This document shows, in pieces, positions 43,246 through 56,207 of a stretch of DNA of 64,000 nucleotides. Position 1 is the stretch's first letter. Every line of letters begins with the position of its first letter. Position numbers and translations under genes: made by a program. The DNA is from Lama glama (Eukaryota), in assembly GCA_028534125.1 (NCBI GenBank), contig CM052816.1, positions 85,624,001-85,688,000 on the forward strand, given 5' to 3'. The notes under the pieces are model-generated. The model ran no database searches and was not told the origin of the DNA. It saw nothing but the letters and a program-made list of their open reading frames with translations.

Positions 43246-44404
43246 CTAATTGTTATTAGATGGCAACACTGTGAAATTTAACTTTACTGTGTATGGATAT
43301 TTTTACATTTCTACAAATATTTCTGAGATTTTTTTTCCAGTACTTGGATAGGCTAATGTGAAATAATTAGATCCTCTGAGTCTTAATTTTAAGATCCATC
43401 AGTCAGACCCAGAGCTTTATTTTATGTAGGACTAAATTTCTGCAATACTTAGACAAGGCCCTTTTTAGTAGTCTGATGCTCCCTGAATTAAGAAGTTTTC
43501 CATTCCAGCTGTTGACACTGTTCCCAGCTTTCTTGGTATTCTAGGAATTATACTCTGTAATCATTTTACTTGATTCTTTTCCTTGCCTTAAAGAGTTTTC
43601 ACAAATGCATGTTCTGATCACATTCCCGTAAATACATGAAGAATATTCAAAATACCCTCTGCAGATCTCTGAAGTCTGTGCCTCTCTCCTCTCTGGTGCT
43701 CTGTTTACTTGGTTTCCATGGTCTTCTAGCCCCATCCCATCACCTTAGGGAGATTTCTGGGCTCTGCTGGCTTTCATTCCTTGCTCTGCATCCTAAAAAA
43801 TATCTCTAGTCGGTAAGTTGGGGGCATTTCTAGAGTTCATTTTATTTGTTTCTGGTCTCTCGGGAATAGCTATCCTTCACTGTCTTATTTCAATATATTA
43901 TGCATTTTCTTTTTCATATATTTTCCCCATTTTTTAGTTGTTTTTGGTTAGAGGATAAATCTAGTTCTTGTCATTTTATCTTTACCAGAAAGTGAAATTC
44001 TAATTCACCTTTTGAAAATTTAAATATTCCTTTAATACTAGCATAAAATACTTCCATCTCTACCTAATCTTTTATACCTATCAAAATCAGAATTAATCTT
44101 TCTCACCTCTAGGCACATGTCACATTTTGCATATAATTGGACCACTTCATAAAAATACTCACTAGCTTATACCATTCTATATTTTATTTGTCTATTCAGT
44201 CACCTCAGTTTTAACCATCCTCTGGTGTGAAGACAGGTTTTATTCTTTTTCCACACAATTTACATGCAGTAAATTATCAAAACAAAATGTGGTGAGATTG
44301 AATTGAGTGTAATCATTTATAAACAGTAGCTGGTATAGAAACCAAACTATGGCTCATGTGACAAATAATGAAGGAAATACAGAGAATAAATTAAAAAATA
44401 AAGT

Positions 44405-44640
44405 TAAATGTGGAACTCCAGGGCCAAACAAACCTACCTGAGTTTAAACTACATGTTCACCTAGGTCATATTTATTAACTTTGTGAACTTTAGTTTCCTT
44501 ACTCCTTATTTATAAAATAGAGACTAAAATACTTTGTATTTTACAGGTATTTTGGGTTGACTAACTAAGGTAATGTATCCAAAAGACTTAGCCCAGTACT
44601 ACCACAGAGTAAATTTTGAATATATTCAAGCTATTATTAC
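44405..44640 (+). mobile_element. MIR SINE
   Basis: Core-like TAGTTTCCTT...TATAAAATAG and 3' GGTAATGTATCCAAAAGACTTAGCCCAGTAC...AGCTATTATTA. Confidence 0.7.
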
Positions 44641-45424
44641 TGGGATAGTATGTATATAAACGACAGGAAAAAATAAGTAAAAACTGCTAAAAGTTCAGGA
44701 TTGTGTTTCTTTCATGCATGTTGAAACCAAAGGTCAAGTGGCTTCAGAGCTGGTTATTCCAGCCACTCAATAATACCATCTAGGGCCAGGCTTTTTCCAT
44801 ATTTTCTCTGTCCCCTAGAGCACATGGCATTTCATACTCAAGTTTCTTCATTCATGTTCACAAATGTTCACAGTTTCATTAACCATGTTCTTACCCAACA
44901 GAATAGGAATAAATATTCTATCTACTCCTAAATCAATCACTGATCAAAAAAAAAATTTTTTTTCTTTTTTTCCATTTTCTTGAATGTTTTAAGTTATTAA
45001 GACTTGGGTCTTCCCTGATTTGCTTGGTTTAGTGGGGAGTAAATAAAATCAAGTTTGAAGGCTGTGGATAGGCATGCAAGTTGCTAGTCACTTTTTACTT
45101 AAAAGCTAAGCATATAGCAAGTAATAACATTTTTTTAGAGACACACAAAAAAGTGACGGAAGCATACTGTTTCCTAACATTTTTTAAAATGTCAGTGCTT
45201 TTTATTATTTTTTGACCTAGCATACTTATGATTACAATGCCAGGAAAATTATGTGAGGTAAACATGTCTTATATAATAGTACACTTTTTATTAAAATTTA
45301 ATGAAGACTTCTGAAATGTACTATCTGAGACAGGTTGAAATTTGTTTTGATATGCATGTTCTTCAGTAAATTAAAAACAATCTTTATGGAAAGTATTCAT
45401 CTATTTTTCTGCTTTGCTAGGGTA

Positions 45425-45790
45425 TTGCATTAGTATACTTTGGCTGTTGTAACAAAATGCCACAGGCTGTGTAATCTAAAAAAAAAAAAAAAAAATTACT
45501 TTCTCACAGCTGTAGAGGCTGGAAGTCCAAGACCTTCTCTCTGTGGCTTGCAGATGCCCACTTTCTCTTTGGGTCCTCACATGTTGTTTGTGTGTGTGTG
45601 TGTGTGTGTGTATACATCTTTCTGGTCTCTCTCTTCTTATAAGGACATCAGTCAGATTGGACTTTGACTCCAACCTTATTATCTCATTTAGCCTTAACTA
45701 TATCCTTAAAATACTACCTCCAAATACAGTCATATTGGGAGTTAAGGCTTCAACCTACGAATTTTAGGGGAACACGATTCAGTAAATAAC
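45425..45790 (-). mobile_element. MLT1A-like LTR containing an A-run and (TG)n
   Basis: GGCTGTTGTAACAAAATGCCACAGGCTG...GAGGCTGGAAGTCCAAGA...CTTCTTATAAGGACATCAGTC...GGCTTCAACCTACGAATTTTAGGGGAACACGATTCAG. Confidence 0.9.
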
Positions 45791-46045
45791 GGGTACATTT
45801 CTCTAAGTTGATTGTGAAGTTGATATCCAACGTCACTTTATTTTCTCACCTTTTCTCCATATTCTGAATTTTATTTTGTTAGTCCACATTGCACTGTAAA
45901 TTCAAAGACGAGTGGGGCATCTACATCCCAAATCTAAATATAAATGGAAACTTTTTCTAAAATATTTTGGAAATACAAATACAGCCTTTTAAAATCTTCT
46001 CACCTATCAAATGTTATCAGTAATCCCAGACTGCAATATTTTCAG

Positions 46046-46356
46046 CCATTTCATTGAAGGTGTTATAATGGTGAGAAGGAGCTTTCAGATGTCAGAGTTT
46101 TAGCCTTGAATAACCCCCAGGACTACTAATCAGTCTTGATTTCCAACATTGTTATTTAATTTACGGCATGTGGGACAAAGTGCATAAAACAGCTTTCTTG
46201 CAAAATGAATTCAGCAAGAATGAAATCCACAAAACAGATTCAAAATGAAAATTATAAACCAGTGCTTTCCTCCTGACTGCATTCAGCAATAAAATATTAA
46301 ATGGAATATTAAGAATAACAATTAGAGAGCTTAGCTTTTAAGCTGTCTGTTGGTGT
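46046..46356 (+). pseudogene. Candidate exon E6 (phase 0-2)
   Basis: Acceptor TATTTTCAG, donor GTAAGA at 46357. Reads PFH*RCYNGEKELSDVRVLALNNPQDY*SVLISNIVI*FTACGTKCIKQLSCKMNSARMKSTKQIQNENYKPVLSS*...; 7 stops. Confidence 0.3.
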
Positions 46357-47545
46357 GTAAGATTTGGTTCTTTATTAGCTATTAGAAAAATTTCCAAAGA
46401 TGACTTTAGTTATTCTAAGTGAATATAGAATTGTCTGCTCAGCTGTAGTGACGGGAAATACTTCATGAGGATTAAAAGTTCTTAAGTTTTCATTTTGGAA
46501 AAAATTATTTTGCAGAGTTGAGGTTAATTTGAATAAAACTTTAAATGTCTATATTATTTTTAAAACAAATTGTTAGAACTAAATTGTTTCTAACCCTGGA
46601 AATATTTGAGAAGTCATTTCCAATAGCTCTGCTCTAAGACAATCAAGCACATAAAAACGCTCACTAAATAAATTCCTAATGAATATGAACAGAAAGTACG
46701 TCCATAGAGGATATGTATATGGTGAGAAAACCACTGCTGCTTTAAGACAAATATAATCCATAAGAAATAGCAATACATTATGAAACAAACCGTATTTGTC
46801 TCCTTTACATCAAAAAAAGACCATGTTTTTAATAAAAGGTATGCTTTAAGTGAAAGTGAGATGACTGAAGGGGAAGGCCCTTTAGTAACTGGCTGTGTAG
46901 CTATACAAGGTGGGAAGGATAATAGAATACGAAGTGAGAAGGAAAAACAAAATCCCTTTCTACTTAATGAAATCTGCTGGCTGAATGTGCTGCGACATGA
47001 ACACGAGATTTTATTTCAGGTTGTGTGAGCTCTTTCTTCCATTTGGTAATCTTAACTCTGAGAAAAAAACATGCCAACCTCTCCTTTTCTGTCTCCTAGT
47101 AAAAGAGCTCTGGGATCAAAATGATAAGACTCTTTATCAAATGTTTTAGTGGTGTAGGAAATGAGGGGTGGTATGATTATGGCCCTCCAGGAGTGCTGAG
47201 GTAAAGGAACCTCTACTACATCAGCTCCACCGGTTGTGTACTTCTCTAGATTCTTGTTCCAATGAGGTCAGACAACAGTAATTTGTTTTGTGGGTCATGG
47301 CAGAATCCTTCTTCTAAACACTACAGAGAGTGACTCCTTTGTCAATATAAATACATCCTAATGCATTTAGTCTCCCTGCAGGCTGTATTACACACTTGAG
47401 AGCTATTGTGCCAAATTCTGCCACTCAGCATTATAATACCTTTTCATCTTGCCTCTTTTGCCCTACTTTATAAAGAGAATAAAATACAGACAAGTAAAAG
47501 GTAAAGCTTCTTCTTATTTCTTAAATATACAGTTTTACTTTGCAG

Positions 47546-47722
47546 ACATTATCAAGAATGAACATCAGAAGAATGGGCATGCTAACAAATGTATTTTAAA
47601 GGACAGAAATACAGTACAACAGAAATGTTACATTAATAATTCAGCTCATTCATATTTTTACCTTCCCACAAAGTTAGTTTCTGTAATCTATTCCATCTTC
47701 TTATCCAAATAAATGTGTATCT
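47546..47722 (+). pseudogene. Candidate exon E7 (phase 2-2, 177 nt)
   Basis: Strong acceptor GTTTTACTTTGCAG, donor GTAAGG. Reads HYQE*TSEEWAC*QMYFKGQKYSTTEMLH**FSSFIFLPSHKVSFCNLFHLLIQINVY; 4 stops. Confidence 0.33.
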
Positions 47723-48894
47723 GTAAGGTATGAAAACGGCAAGAGGTAATCTCCCCTCAAAATTGTACACTGAAACAATAATAATAAATAGTGATTTCAA
47801 AATTATCTGGATCAATATAGATATGTCTTTCAAATGTTATTACTATCATTATTCTAAATATCCTATCTTTAAAATTCTTTTAATTCCTGAAGTTTTAGAT
47901 TTAAGCATTGTACAGCAACTAGAATGAAGATATATTAAAAATGAGAATCTATATTATGATAAAAATTTGTTACATATGTTCTTCATTCCAAAAACAAAGA
48001 GAAAAAACTTGGGGATTTCTAGAGTCTCTTCAAATACTAACTTATTTTATGTTGTTTGTTTTTCTGTAACATCTTTACTTAATAAATCCCCACATTAACC
48101 CCTCCACACCCAAAAATAAGGTGAACATACACCGGCTGCCCACCAAACAAAAGTGAACATTCACAGACTGACAGATAATAACCCAGAATGGATAATGGAC
48201 TGATTAAAAGTGTTGGATTTCAAATCGGTGGCTATTATTCTATTTTGACTTCTTTGAGAAAAGGAGATTATGGGTCAAAAAAGTTAAGTTTGGAAGTGTT
48301 TGTGTGTTGCAGCTTTGAGAAGAAGGTTAACTCAGGCAAACTCAAAAAAAAAAAACAACAACGCTTTCCTCAAAAATCTGTATAAATAAATTAATAAAAA
48401 GACAACATTATTCTCAATGGGTCTTGATGCCTACAGGCAAAAATCCTTAGAAAAGATGTTAAACAAAGGTCATTTGCTGTTTTAAATTTCAAAGATATTG
48501 TATTTGTCTTATTCTCTGAAATCTACACTAAATTTTAAAAGATCTGCTTATAGCAGGTGTGTTTTATACGTCTGAACTTGAAAAATTAACTCCAATTTCA
48601 AAATACTCATTGATACAAGTTTTACAATAAAAACGGACATCAAGTAGTTACTTCTCCACTGTGTGTAATGTAAAACACAATGTTATGTATAGGTGCTTAC
48701 ATTCTAACATTGATCATTACCAATATTTGACTGTTGACAATGATTTTAATAATGAGAAAAATAATATTAAAACTTTTAATATGATAATTTAGTAATTTGA
48801 AAGTATGCCTTATTTAATATTCACAACTGCCTCCTGATATGGATGTTATTGTTATAGACAGTTAAAATGCCAGAGAATTAAGATTTTCCTTTAT

Positions 48895-51800
48895 CACTGT
48901 TTTATAGTTCTCAGCATATAAGTCTTTCACCTCCTTGGTCAGCTTTATTCCTGTTTTCTTTTTCTTTTTTTTTGATGTGATTTTAGCAAGCACCATTTTG
49001 AATCCTCCTTTAGCTTATTGGTGCTGGCACCAGACTCTGCCCATCAGCCTTCAGGCTCCAGTACTGGGATGCCTCAGACCAACAAACCAGCTATGTGGAG
49101 ACACAGCCCCACCCACAAGCAGGCCAGCTACCTTAAGACTGCCTGAGCCCACAGCCAGCCCAGGACTCTGCCCTGTACACTGGAAGGCCCAGGACTTGGC
49201 CTTGTACACTAATGTGTTGACATTGGCCCCAGGAATTCCAGGGCCCTTCAGCCAGAGACTCTGGGACCCAGTTTCACCCACCAATGGACTGGCACTAGCC
49301 CTGGGACCAGCCTCACTCACTAGTGGGTAGGTGCCAGCCCCAGGACCCCTGGGCCTCATTCCCTCTCACTGGCAGGCCAAAACCAGCTCTGGGACCCTTG
49401 GGCTCTGCAGCCAGAGACCACAGGACATAGCCCAGCAGTGGGTCAAAACTAGCTCCAGAATCCACCTCATCCACTAGAGGGCAGAAAATAGTCCTAGATG
49501 GCTGCAGCCCTGCAGTCTGTCATGTCAAAATGCACCCAACCCATCAACAGCCTGGCACCATCCTTGGAACTCCCTGGCCCTTGTCTTGCCCACCAATAGG
49601 CCAACAAAAGCTTTGGGTTACCTTGGGTTACTCAGGCAGTGGTCCTGGAATCCACACCCACTCACCAGAGACACCACCACCAGTCATACTAGGAAATAGC
49701 CCTGTTTACCAGTGGACTGAAACTAGCTCCAGAATCTCCAGAGTCCTGCAGTCAGAGATCCTAGGACTCGAGACTCCCTACCAGTGAGCCAGCATTATCC
49801 CTGGGAACCCCTGGGCCCTGGCCCCACCCACCAGCAGGCTTACACCAGCCTTGAGACCTCCTGGGCCCTGACCTCAACCACGAACAGGTTATCACCAGCT
49901 CTAATACACCTTGGACCACTCAGCTGGCTACCCAAGATCCAGCCACACCCACCAGTGGGTGAGCAAGAACTTTAGGATAAGCCAGACACTACAGTGAGCT
50001 GTGTAAGCAACTGTCCCAACCCACCAATAATCCAAAACTAAATCCAGTAATCTGAGCCATGCAACCACCCACCACATCTGGAGGCTAAACAACATGCTAC
50101 TAAATAACCAATGGATAACTGAAAATAAATCAAGAAGAAATAAATTGCTGGAGACAAATGAAAATGAAAACACAACAATTAAATGCCTGGACTACAGCAA
50201 AACAGTGCTAAGAGGGCAGTTTGTAGCCATGCAAGCCTACCTCAGGAAACAAGAAAAATCTCAAATAAACAACCTAACCTTACACCTAAAGGAACTAGAA
50301 AATGAAGACCAAACAAAACCCCAAGATAGCAGAAGGAGACAAATCATAAAGGTCATGACAGAAATAAATGAAATAGAGACTTAAAAACAATTAAAAATAT
50401 CAATGAAACTAAGAGCTGGTTCTTTGAAACAATAAACAAAATTGATAAACCCTTAGCCAGACTCATCAAGAAAAAAAAATAAAGTCCAAATCAATAAAAT
50501 CAGAAATGAAAAGGGAGAAGTTTAAAAAAAACATAGAAATGCAAGGAATCATAAGAAATGACAACACATAATTATACACCAATAAAATGGACAGCCTAGA
50601 AGAAATGGACAAATTCCCAGAAACTAACAATCTCCCAAGACTGAAACAGGAAGAAATAGAGACTATGATCAGACCAATTGCTAGTAATGACATGGAATCA
50701 CTGATAAAACAACTCCAACAAACCAAAGTCTAGGACCAGATGGCTCCACAGGTGAATTCTACTAATTATTTAGAGAAGAATTAACACCTATCTTTCTCAA
50801 ACTAGTCCCCAAAAAACTGCAGAAGGAATGCTTCAGAACCCATTCTATGTAGTCAGCCTCACCCTGATATCAAAACAGACAAAAAGATAACACACAAAAA
50901 ATAAAATTATAGGTCAGTATTACTGAAGAAGATAGATGCACAAATCTTCAACAAAATAACAGCAAAAAAGTTCATGATACATTAAAAGGGTCATACACAA
51001 TGATCAAGAAGGATTCATCCCAGGGATGCAAGAATGTTTAGATATATGCAAAGCAAACAATGTGAGACACCACATTAATAAACTAAAGAATAAAAATCAT
51101 ATGATCATTTCAATAGATATAGAAAAAAGCCTTTGAAAAAATTCAACATTCATTTATGATAAAAACTCTCAACAAAGTGGGTATAGAAGGAACATACCTC
51201 AAAATAATAAAGACCATATATGATATGCCCTCAGTTAGCATAATACTTAAAAGTGAAAAGCTGAAAGCATTTCCTGTAAGATTAGGAAGAACATAAGTGT
51301 GCCAACTCTCACCACTCTTATTCAACATAGTATTGGAAGTCCTAGCCACAGCAATCAAACAGGGAAAAAAAAAAAAGGAATCCAAATTGGAAAGGAAGAG
51401 TCACTGTTTGCAGATGACATGATATTATACATAGGAAATCCTAAAATCCCATTTACAATCACATCAAATATAACAAAATACTTAGAGATAAATCTAACTA
51501 AGGATGTAAAAGATCTGTGCTTGGAAAATTATAAAACAATGAAGAAAGAAACTAAAGACACAAACAGATGGAAAGGTATAATGTGTTCATGAATTGATAG
51601 AAGTAATATTGTTAAAATGATCATACTACCCAAGGCAATCTACAGATTCAATATCATCTCTATCAAAATAACAATCACATTTTTCACTGAACTAGAACAG
51701 ACTATTTTAAAAATTTTTATGGAAATACAAAAAGGCCCCAAATAGCCAAAACAATCTTCAGGAAGAAGAACAAGCTGGAGGTGTCATGTGCCCTGATTTC

Positions 51801-52685
51801 AAACTATACTGCAAAGCTACAGTAATCAAAAGAGTATGGTTCTGACAAAAAAACAGACACACAGACAATGCAACAGAATGAAGAGTCCAGAAATGAACCG
51901 ATACTTATATGAGCAACCAACATATGACAAAGGAAGCAAGAATATACAATGGAGAAAAGGCAGCCTCTTTCAAAAATGGTGCTGAGAAAGCTGGACAGGT
52001 ATATGCAAAAAATTAAACTGTACTGCTCTTTCACACCATGGACAAAAATAAATTCAACATTGATTACAGACTTAAATGTAGGACCTCAAACCAGAAAACA
52101 TCTGGTATAAAAGGGCAGTACACTATTTGATGTCAGTCTTAGAATATAGTCAATAGCTATTTAATATCTTTGTATGGTGATATATAATAACTAGACTTAA
52201 GGTGTTGATCAATTTGAAATATATAGAAACATTGAATCACTGTCATGTATAAGAAGAACTAAAATAGTGTTGTAGATCTACTATGTTTTAAAAACGAACA
52301 ACACAGAAAAAGAGATCAGATTTCTGGTTATCAGAGTTGGGGGGGGGTTGGGATACAGAATTGGATGAAGGTAGTTAAAAAAGTACAGACTTCCAGTACA
52401 ATGTAAGAAGTATTAGGAATGTAATGTAAAACATGATAAATCTAATTAACCCTGCTATAAGTTATATATGTAAGTTAAGAGAGTAAATCCTAAGAGTTCT
52501 CATAATAAGAACAAAATTCTAAAAATAAAAAAAATTTTCTATTTTTAAAATTTTGTATCCATGTGAGATAATGGATACAAAACTTAGTGGGATGATCACT
52601 TCATGATGTATGTAAATCAAATCATTATGTATCTTAAACTTCCACAATGCTTGGTGTCAATCTCTAAAACTGGAGGAAAAAAAAT
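48895..52685 (+). mobile_element. Composite L1: short antisense ORF2 piece (48895-48985), GC-rich repetitive 5' region (~48990-50065), ORF2 (~50070-52140) and 3'UTR (to ~52685)
   Basis: ORFs MLLNNQWIT...AMQAYLRKQEKSQINNLTLHLKELE and [15 protein letters not shown] (RT core); recurring CCACCAG/CCCTGGGACC motifs upstream; A-tail at ~52677. Confidence 0.88.
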
Positions 52686-53762
52686 AGATAAAACCTAAAG
52701 ATCCAACAGAAGATGAAACATATCAATCAGAAATGTATCAAATAGAATGAGAAAGCAATGGTAAATTTGTTTTGGTTAGCTTAACTTTTGTTTTAATCAT
52801 CATCATCACCATCTTCTAAAATAAAATCTTTGGAGATTGTGGTTGTCGAACAGAGGTTAAAATTGACATTCCCTCAGTTATTACCCTCATTAACTCAGAG
52901 ATTTATCTTGTGCATGGTTTTCCTTTCTTTCCTTAGTTTTGATTCATGAACTTTACCTTCTCAGAGATACTGGCTACATACTGCCTTAATCATGGCTGTC
53001 CTCTATCATATTGTTTTCTACAGAAATCCTGAGTCTTTGCATAAGGAGGCAAACCTTTTCAAAGTGCCAACCAACTTCTGATTCTCTTCATCTCTTTAAA
53101 GAATAAGATTAGAATAGTGAATAAGCCACTTGAATGCTTGCTTAACATATTCACTTTAATATATAAAAACATAAATGAGAATTACTAAGATAGTCTTATA
53201 TAATTAATTTGAATGCAACTGGTATATTTTTGAAAATCTAATGTTGGAATAAGGTTTTCCATGTGTTCAAGTTTGAAAAGACTGAACATAACTCCATCAG
53301 ATAATGTCTTCCTTTATGCATCCAATTCTACAAAATATTTTACATACACTCTGTGGGAATTACCTTTTTCTGCTAGAGAACTGTTCATCCAAGTCTCCTC
53401 TACTGCTTAAAAAAGGAAAACAGATTAAAAGGCAGATATGACACTTGCTGCTGTTTACACTTTGTTCTGTATCTCATTCTAATTTCCTACCACCAACTCC
53501 AAACTGATCTATATCTTGGCAATTCCCTGTGACAATCTGTTCACAGTGCCATCTACGGTTTTAAAGATAAAGTCATTATTTTTACATCCTGAGTAACAGC
53601 AACAAATGACCTTTACACACTTACTAAAACAATGACTGATGATTACTGATATGTTTTCAATCAAGACTACAGCAAACATCCTTGATTCAGGTTATAAAAA
53701 CAGTAAAATAATTCAAAAGTTTGAAGATTTTCCCCTTTCTCCTTGTCTCCTTCCTATTCCAG

Positions 53763-54206
53763 AGATACTCTGGCTTCATTGCCAGATTGGCTGCTTTGCT
53801 AATGTCATCAACTAAGGCAAAGAGCAGGCACATGCACACTGTTGTTTACTATACCACCTGAATCAGAAATACAGTAGTCCAGAATGCTATGAAATATATT
53901 TCAGGGCTTTTTCCAGCCATCTCACCCGACACAAACAATAATCCTTTCCTCTCATTTCTGAGTGCCTGGAAGCAGTTGTCCTTTCAGGTTTGGAGGGGAC
54001 TTGGGTAGCATAAGATAAATCAGATTCTTGGCTTGGTCTATTTGGCTTCTTTTTCCTCTTGTCAGTATTCCACTTAAGCTGTTTCCTATTTTGCACCCTT
54101 CTTCCCTCCTCAGCAAATGGTTGACCTCAGAAGACAGAAAAGAGCAGGATTTGTTGTAGCTAATTAGAGAGGGCAGATTCCTGGGAAACTGGCTTCCAGT
54201 ATCACA
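53763..54206 (+). pseudogene. Candidate exon E8 (444 nt, phase-symmetric)
   Basis: ~33-nt polypyrimidine tract ending CCTATTCCAG and consensus donor GTAAGT at 54207. The phase-2 frame reads DTLASLPDWLLC*CHQLRQRAG...LKLFPILHPSSLLSKWLTSEDRKEQDLL*LIREGRFLGNWLPVS with 6 stops. Confidence 0.45.
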
Positions 54207-54243
54207 GTAAGTCTTAAAGATCTTTGTATTTAACAAACATTTG

Positions 54244-54743
54244 NNNNNNNNNNNNNNNNNNNNNNNNNNNNNNNNNNNNNNNNNNNNNNNNNNNNNNNNN
54301 NNNNNNNNNNNNNNNNNNNNNNNNNNNNNNNNNNNNNNNNNNNNNNNNNNNNNNNNNNNNNNNNNNNNNNNNNNNNNNNNNNNNNNNNNNNNNNNNNNNN
54401 NNNNNNNNNNNNNNNNNNNNNNNNNNNNNNNNNNNNNNNNNNNNNNNNNNNNNNNNNNNNNNNNNNNNNNNNNNNNNNNNNNNNNNNNNNNNNNNNNNNN
54501 NNNNNNNNNNNNNNNNNNNNNNNNNNNNNNNNNNNNNNNNNNNNNNNNNNNNNNNNNNNNNNNNNNNNNNNNNNNNNNNNNNNNNNNNNNNNNNNNNNNN
54601 NNNNNNNNNNNNNNNNNNNNNNNNNNNNNNNNNNNNNNNNNNNNNNNNNNNNNNNNNNNNNNNNNNNNNNNNNNNNNNNNNNNNNNNNNNNNNNNNNNNN
54701 NNNNNNNNNNNNNNNNNNNNNNNNNNNNNNNNNNNNNNNNNNN
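54244..54743. other. Assembly gap (500 N)
   Basis: N run. Its right edge is young L1 sequence, so the gap probably hides the L1 3' end. Confidence 0.99.
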
Positions 54744-54962
54744 AATAATGCTTCTATGAACATTGGGGCGCACATGTCATCCTGAAGTAGGGTTCCTTCT
54801 GGATATATGCCCAGAAGTGGAATTCCTGGGTCATATGGTAAGTCTGTTCCTAGTCTTTTGAGGAATCTCCATACTGTTTTCCACAGTGGCTGCACCAAAC
54901 TGCATTCCCACCAGAAGTGAAGGAGGGTTCCCTTTTCGCCACAACCTCTCCAGCATTTGTCA
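54744..54962 (-). mobile_element. Young L1 ORF2 C-terminal fragment
   Basis: Uninterrupted [54 protein letters not shown] (Cys-rich domain). Confidence 0.95.
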
Positions 54963-55602
54963 GGAAATGACACAGATTTTAGCATCAGCTAGACCTGACC
55001 AAAAATATTTGCTTTGACTCTAATTAGCTAAGATAATGTACCTGCTGGCAGAATCCTGGATTCTGAAAACATCATATGAGTTTTACTCAGAGACTCAGTA
55101 CACTTTCTGCTACATGCTTTTCTCTGCCTTTCTCTGTCCCCTTCTTGGCAGATGAAGTGGAACAAGCTAGCTTTCATTCCCTTGAGGAAACTACCAACTT
55201 TTGACTTTTTCTTAGATATATTACGTAGATATAGGTTATCATTCTTTCTCTTGTCTTATCCATTTTCTCTTACAGCATGTAAAGTTGAATGCTATTAAAA
55301 TTTAGTCCTTTTTGAATTATCATCAAATTAATTTTATCGCCTCATAGTTTTAAGGTTTTTTTCCTATTTATATAAGATAAAGTCAAACAACTTTTATAAC
55401 TCACCATTTTCCAAAGCTTATATAATGATATGATACTCTAATTCTTGTTTTAGAAATATTTAATGCTTTAGCACTTTTATTTGAATTTTAAAAATCACAT
55501 CTGATTTTCTTTCCTGACGTTGAATTCTTTTAAGCTTCTGAACCAATCTGGAGAAAGGTACATTGTTAATTGCAAATGTGGAGTATAATCTTTACATTTT
55601 AG

Positions 55603-56079
55603 GAACACTTTCATTATCACTAGAAATTTGGAGAATGAGCACTATGTATTAATTTAGGCAGCAACATGGGCACTGCGTTATCAGTTTCAGACTGAAGATG
55701 GAGTATGCTTGGACTAAGAAATCTCTAAATAATATAGGTTTATCATGAGAAATTTCAGGGCACACAGTAAAGTTTCTGTAAAGTTTCCAGATAATCTTGA
55801 ACATGCAGAATGAGCCTGCATCTACTTCATTTACTTCACAGTATATGGCTTCTGAAAGATTTTTCAGACAGGTTGAGGAAGTCTTTTTATTTGATATGAA
55901 ATTACAAAAGCTTTAGAGATATTCCACCCTGATCATTTCATTCAGTCTTGATAAATCGATGCAGATTAGAATTCTGTGTTTCAAAAAAACACACTCCGAG
56001 GAAACCAAATCTGGCTTTATTACTTTGATAGATATAGCAATTCTTCCAACAATCTACCTAGAAAACCTGGGAACTTTTG
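55603..56079 (+). pseudogene. Candidate exon E9 (477 nt, phase-symmetric)
   Basis: Acceptor CTTTACATTTTAG|G, donor TG|GTAGGA. The phase-2 frame reads NTFIITRNLENEHYVLI*AATWALRYQFQTEDGVCLD*EISK*YRFIMRNFRAHSKVSVKFPDNLEHAE*ACIYFIYFTVYGF*KIFQTG*GSLFI*YEITKALEIFHPDHFIQS... with 10 stops. A different frame has only one stop over 55791-56079, so the frame is uncertain. Confidence 0.35.
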
Positions 56080-56207
56080 GTAGGATATAGACATTTTCCT
56101 GACAATTTTACCTGATTTTTGCCACCTCTCTGTATTCCCTTTACTTTGGGTAATCTTCTAACACTGTGATCAAATTTTGTTACACTGGAATCTTAAATCT
56201 CTACCTC

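Noticed and set aside
48935..50173. Pro/Gly-rich ORFs and repeats resembling a CRISPR array or coding repeat
   Set aside because: Degenerate L1 5' repeats with no identical repeat/unique spacer structure, in a eukaryotic context.
53952..54985. Long ORFs of 172-273 aa in the ORF track
   Set aside because: Artefacts of reading through the 500-N gap.
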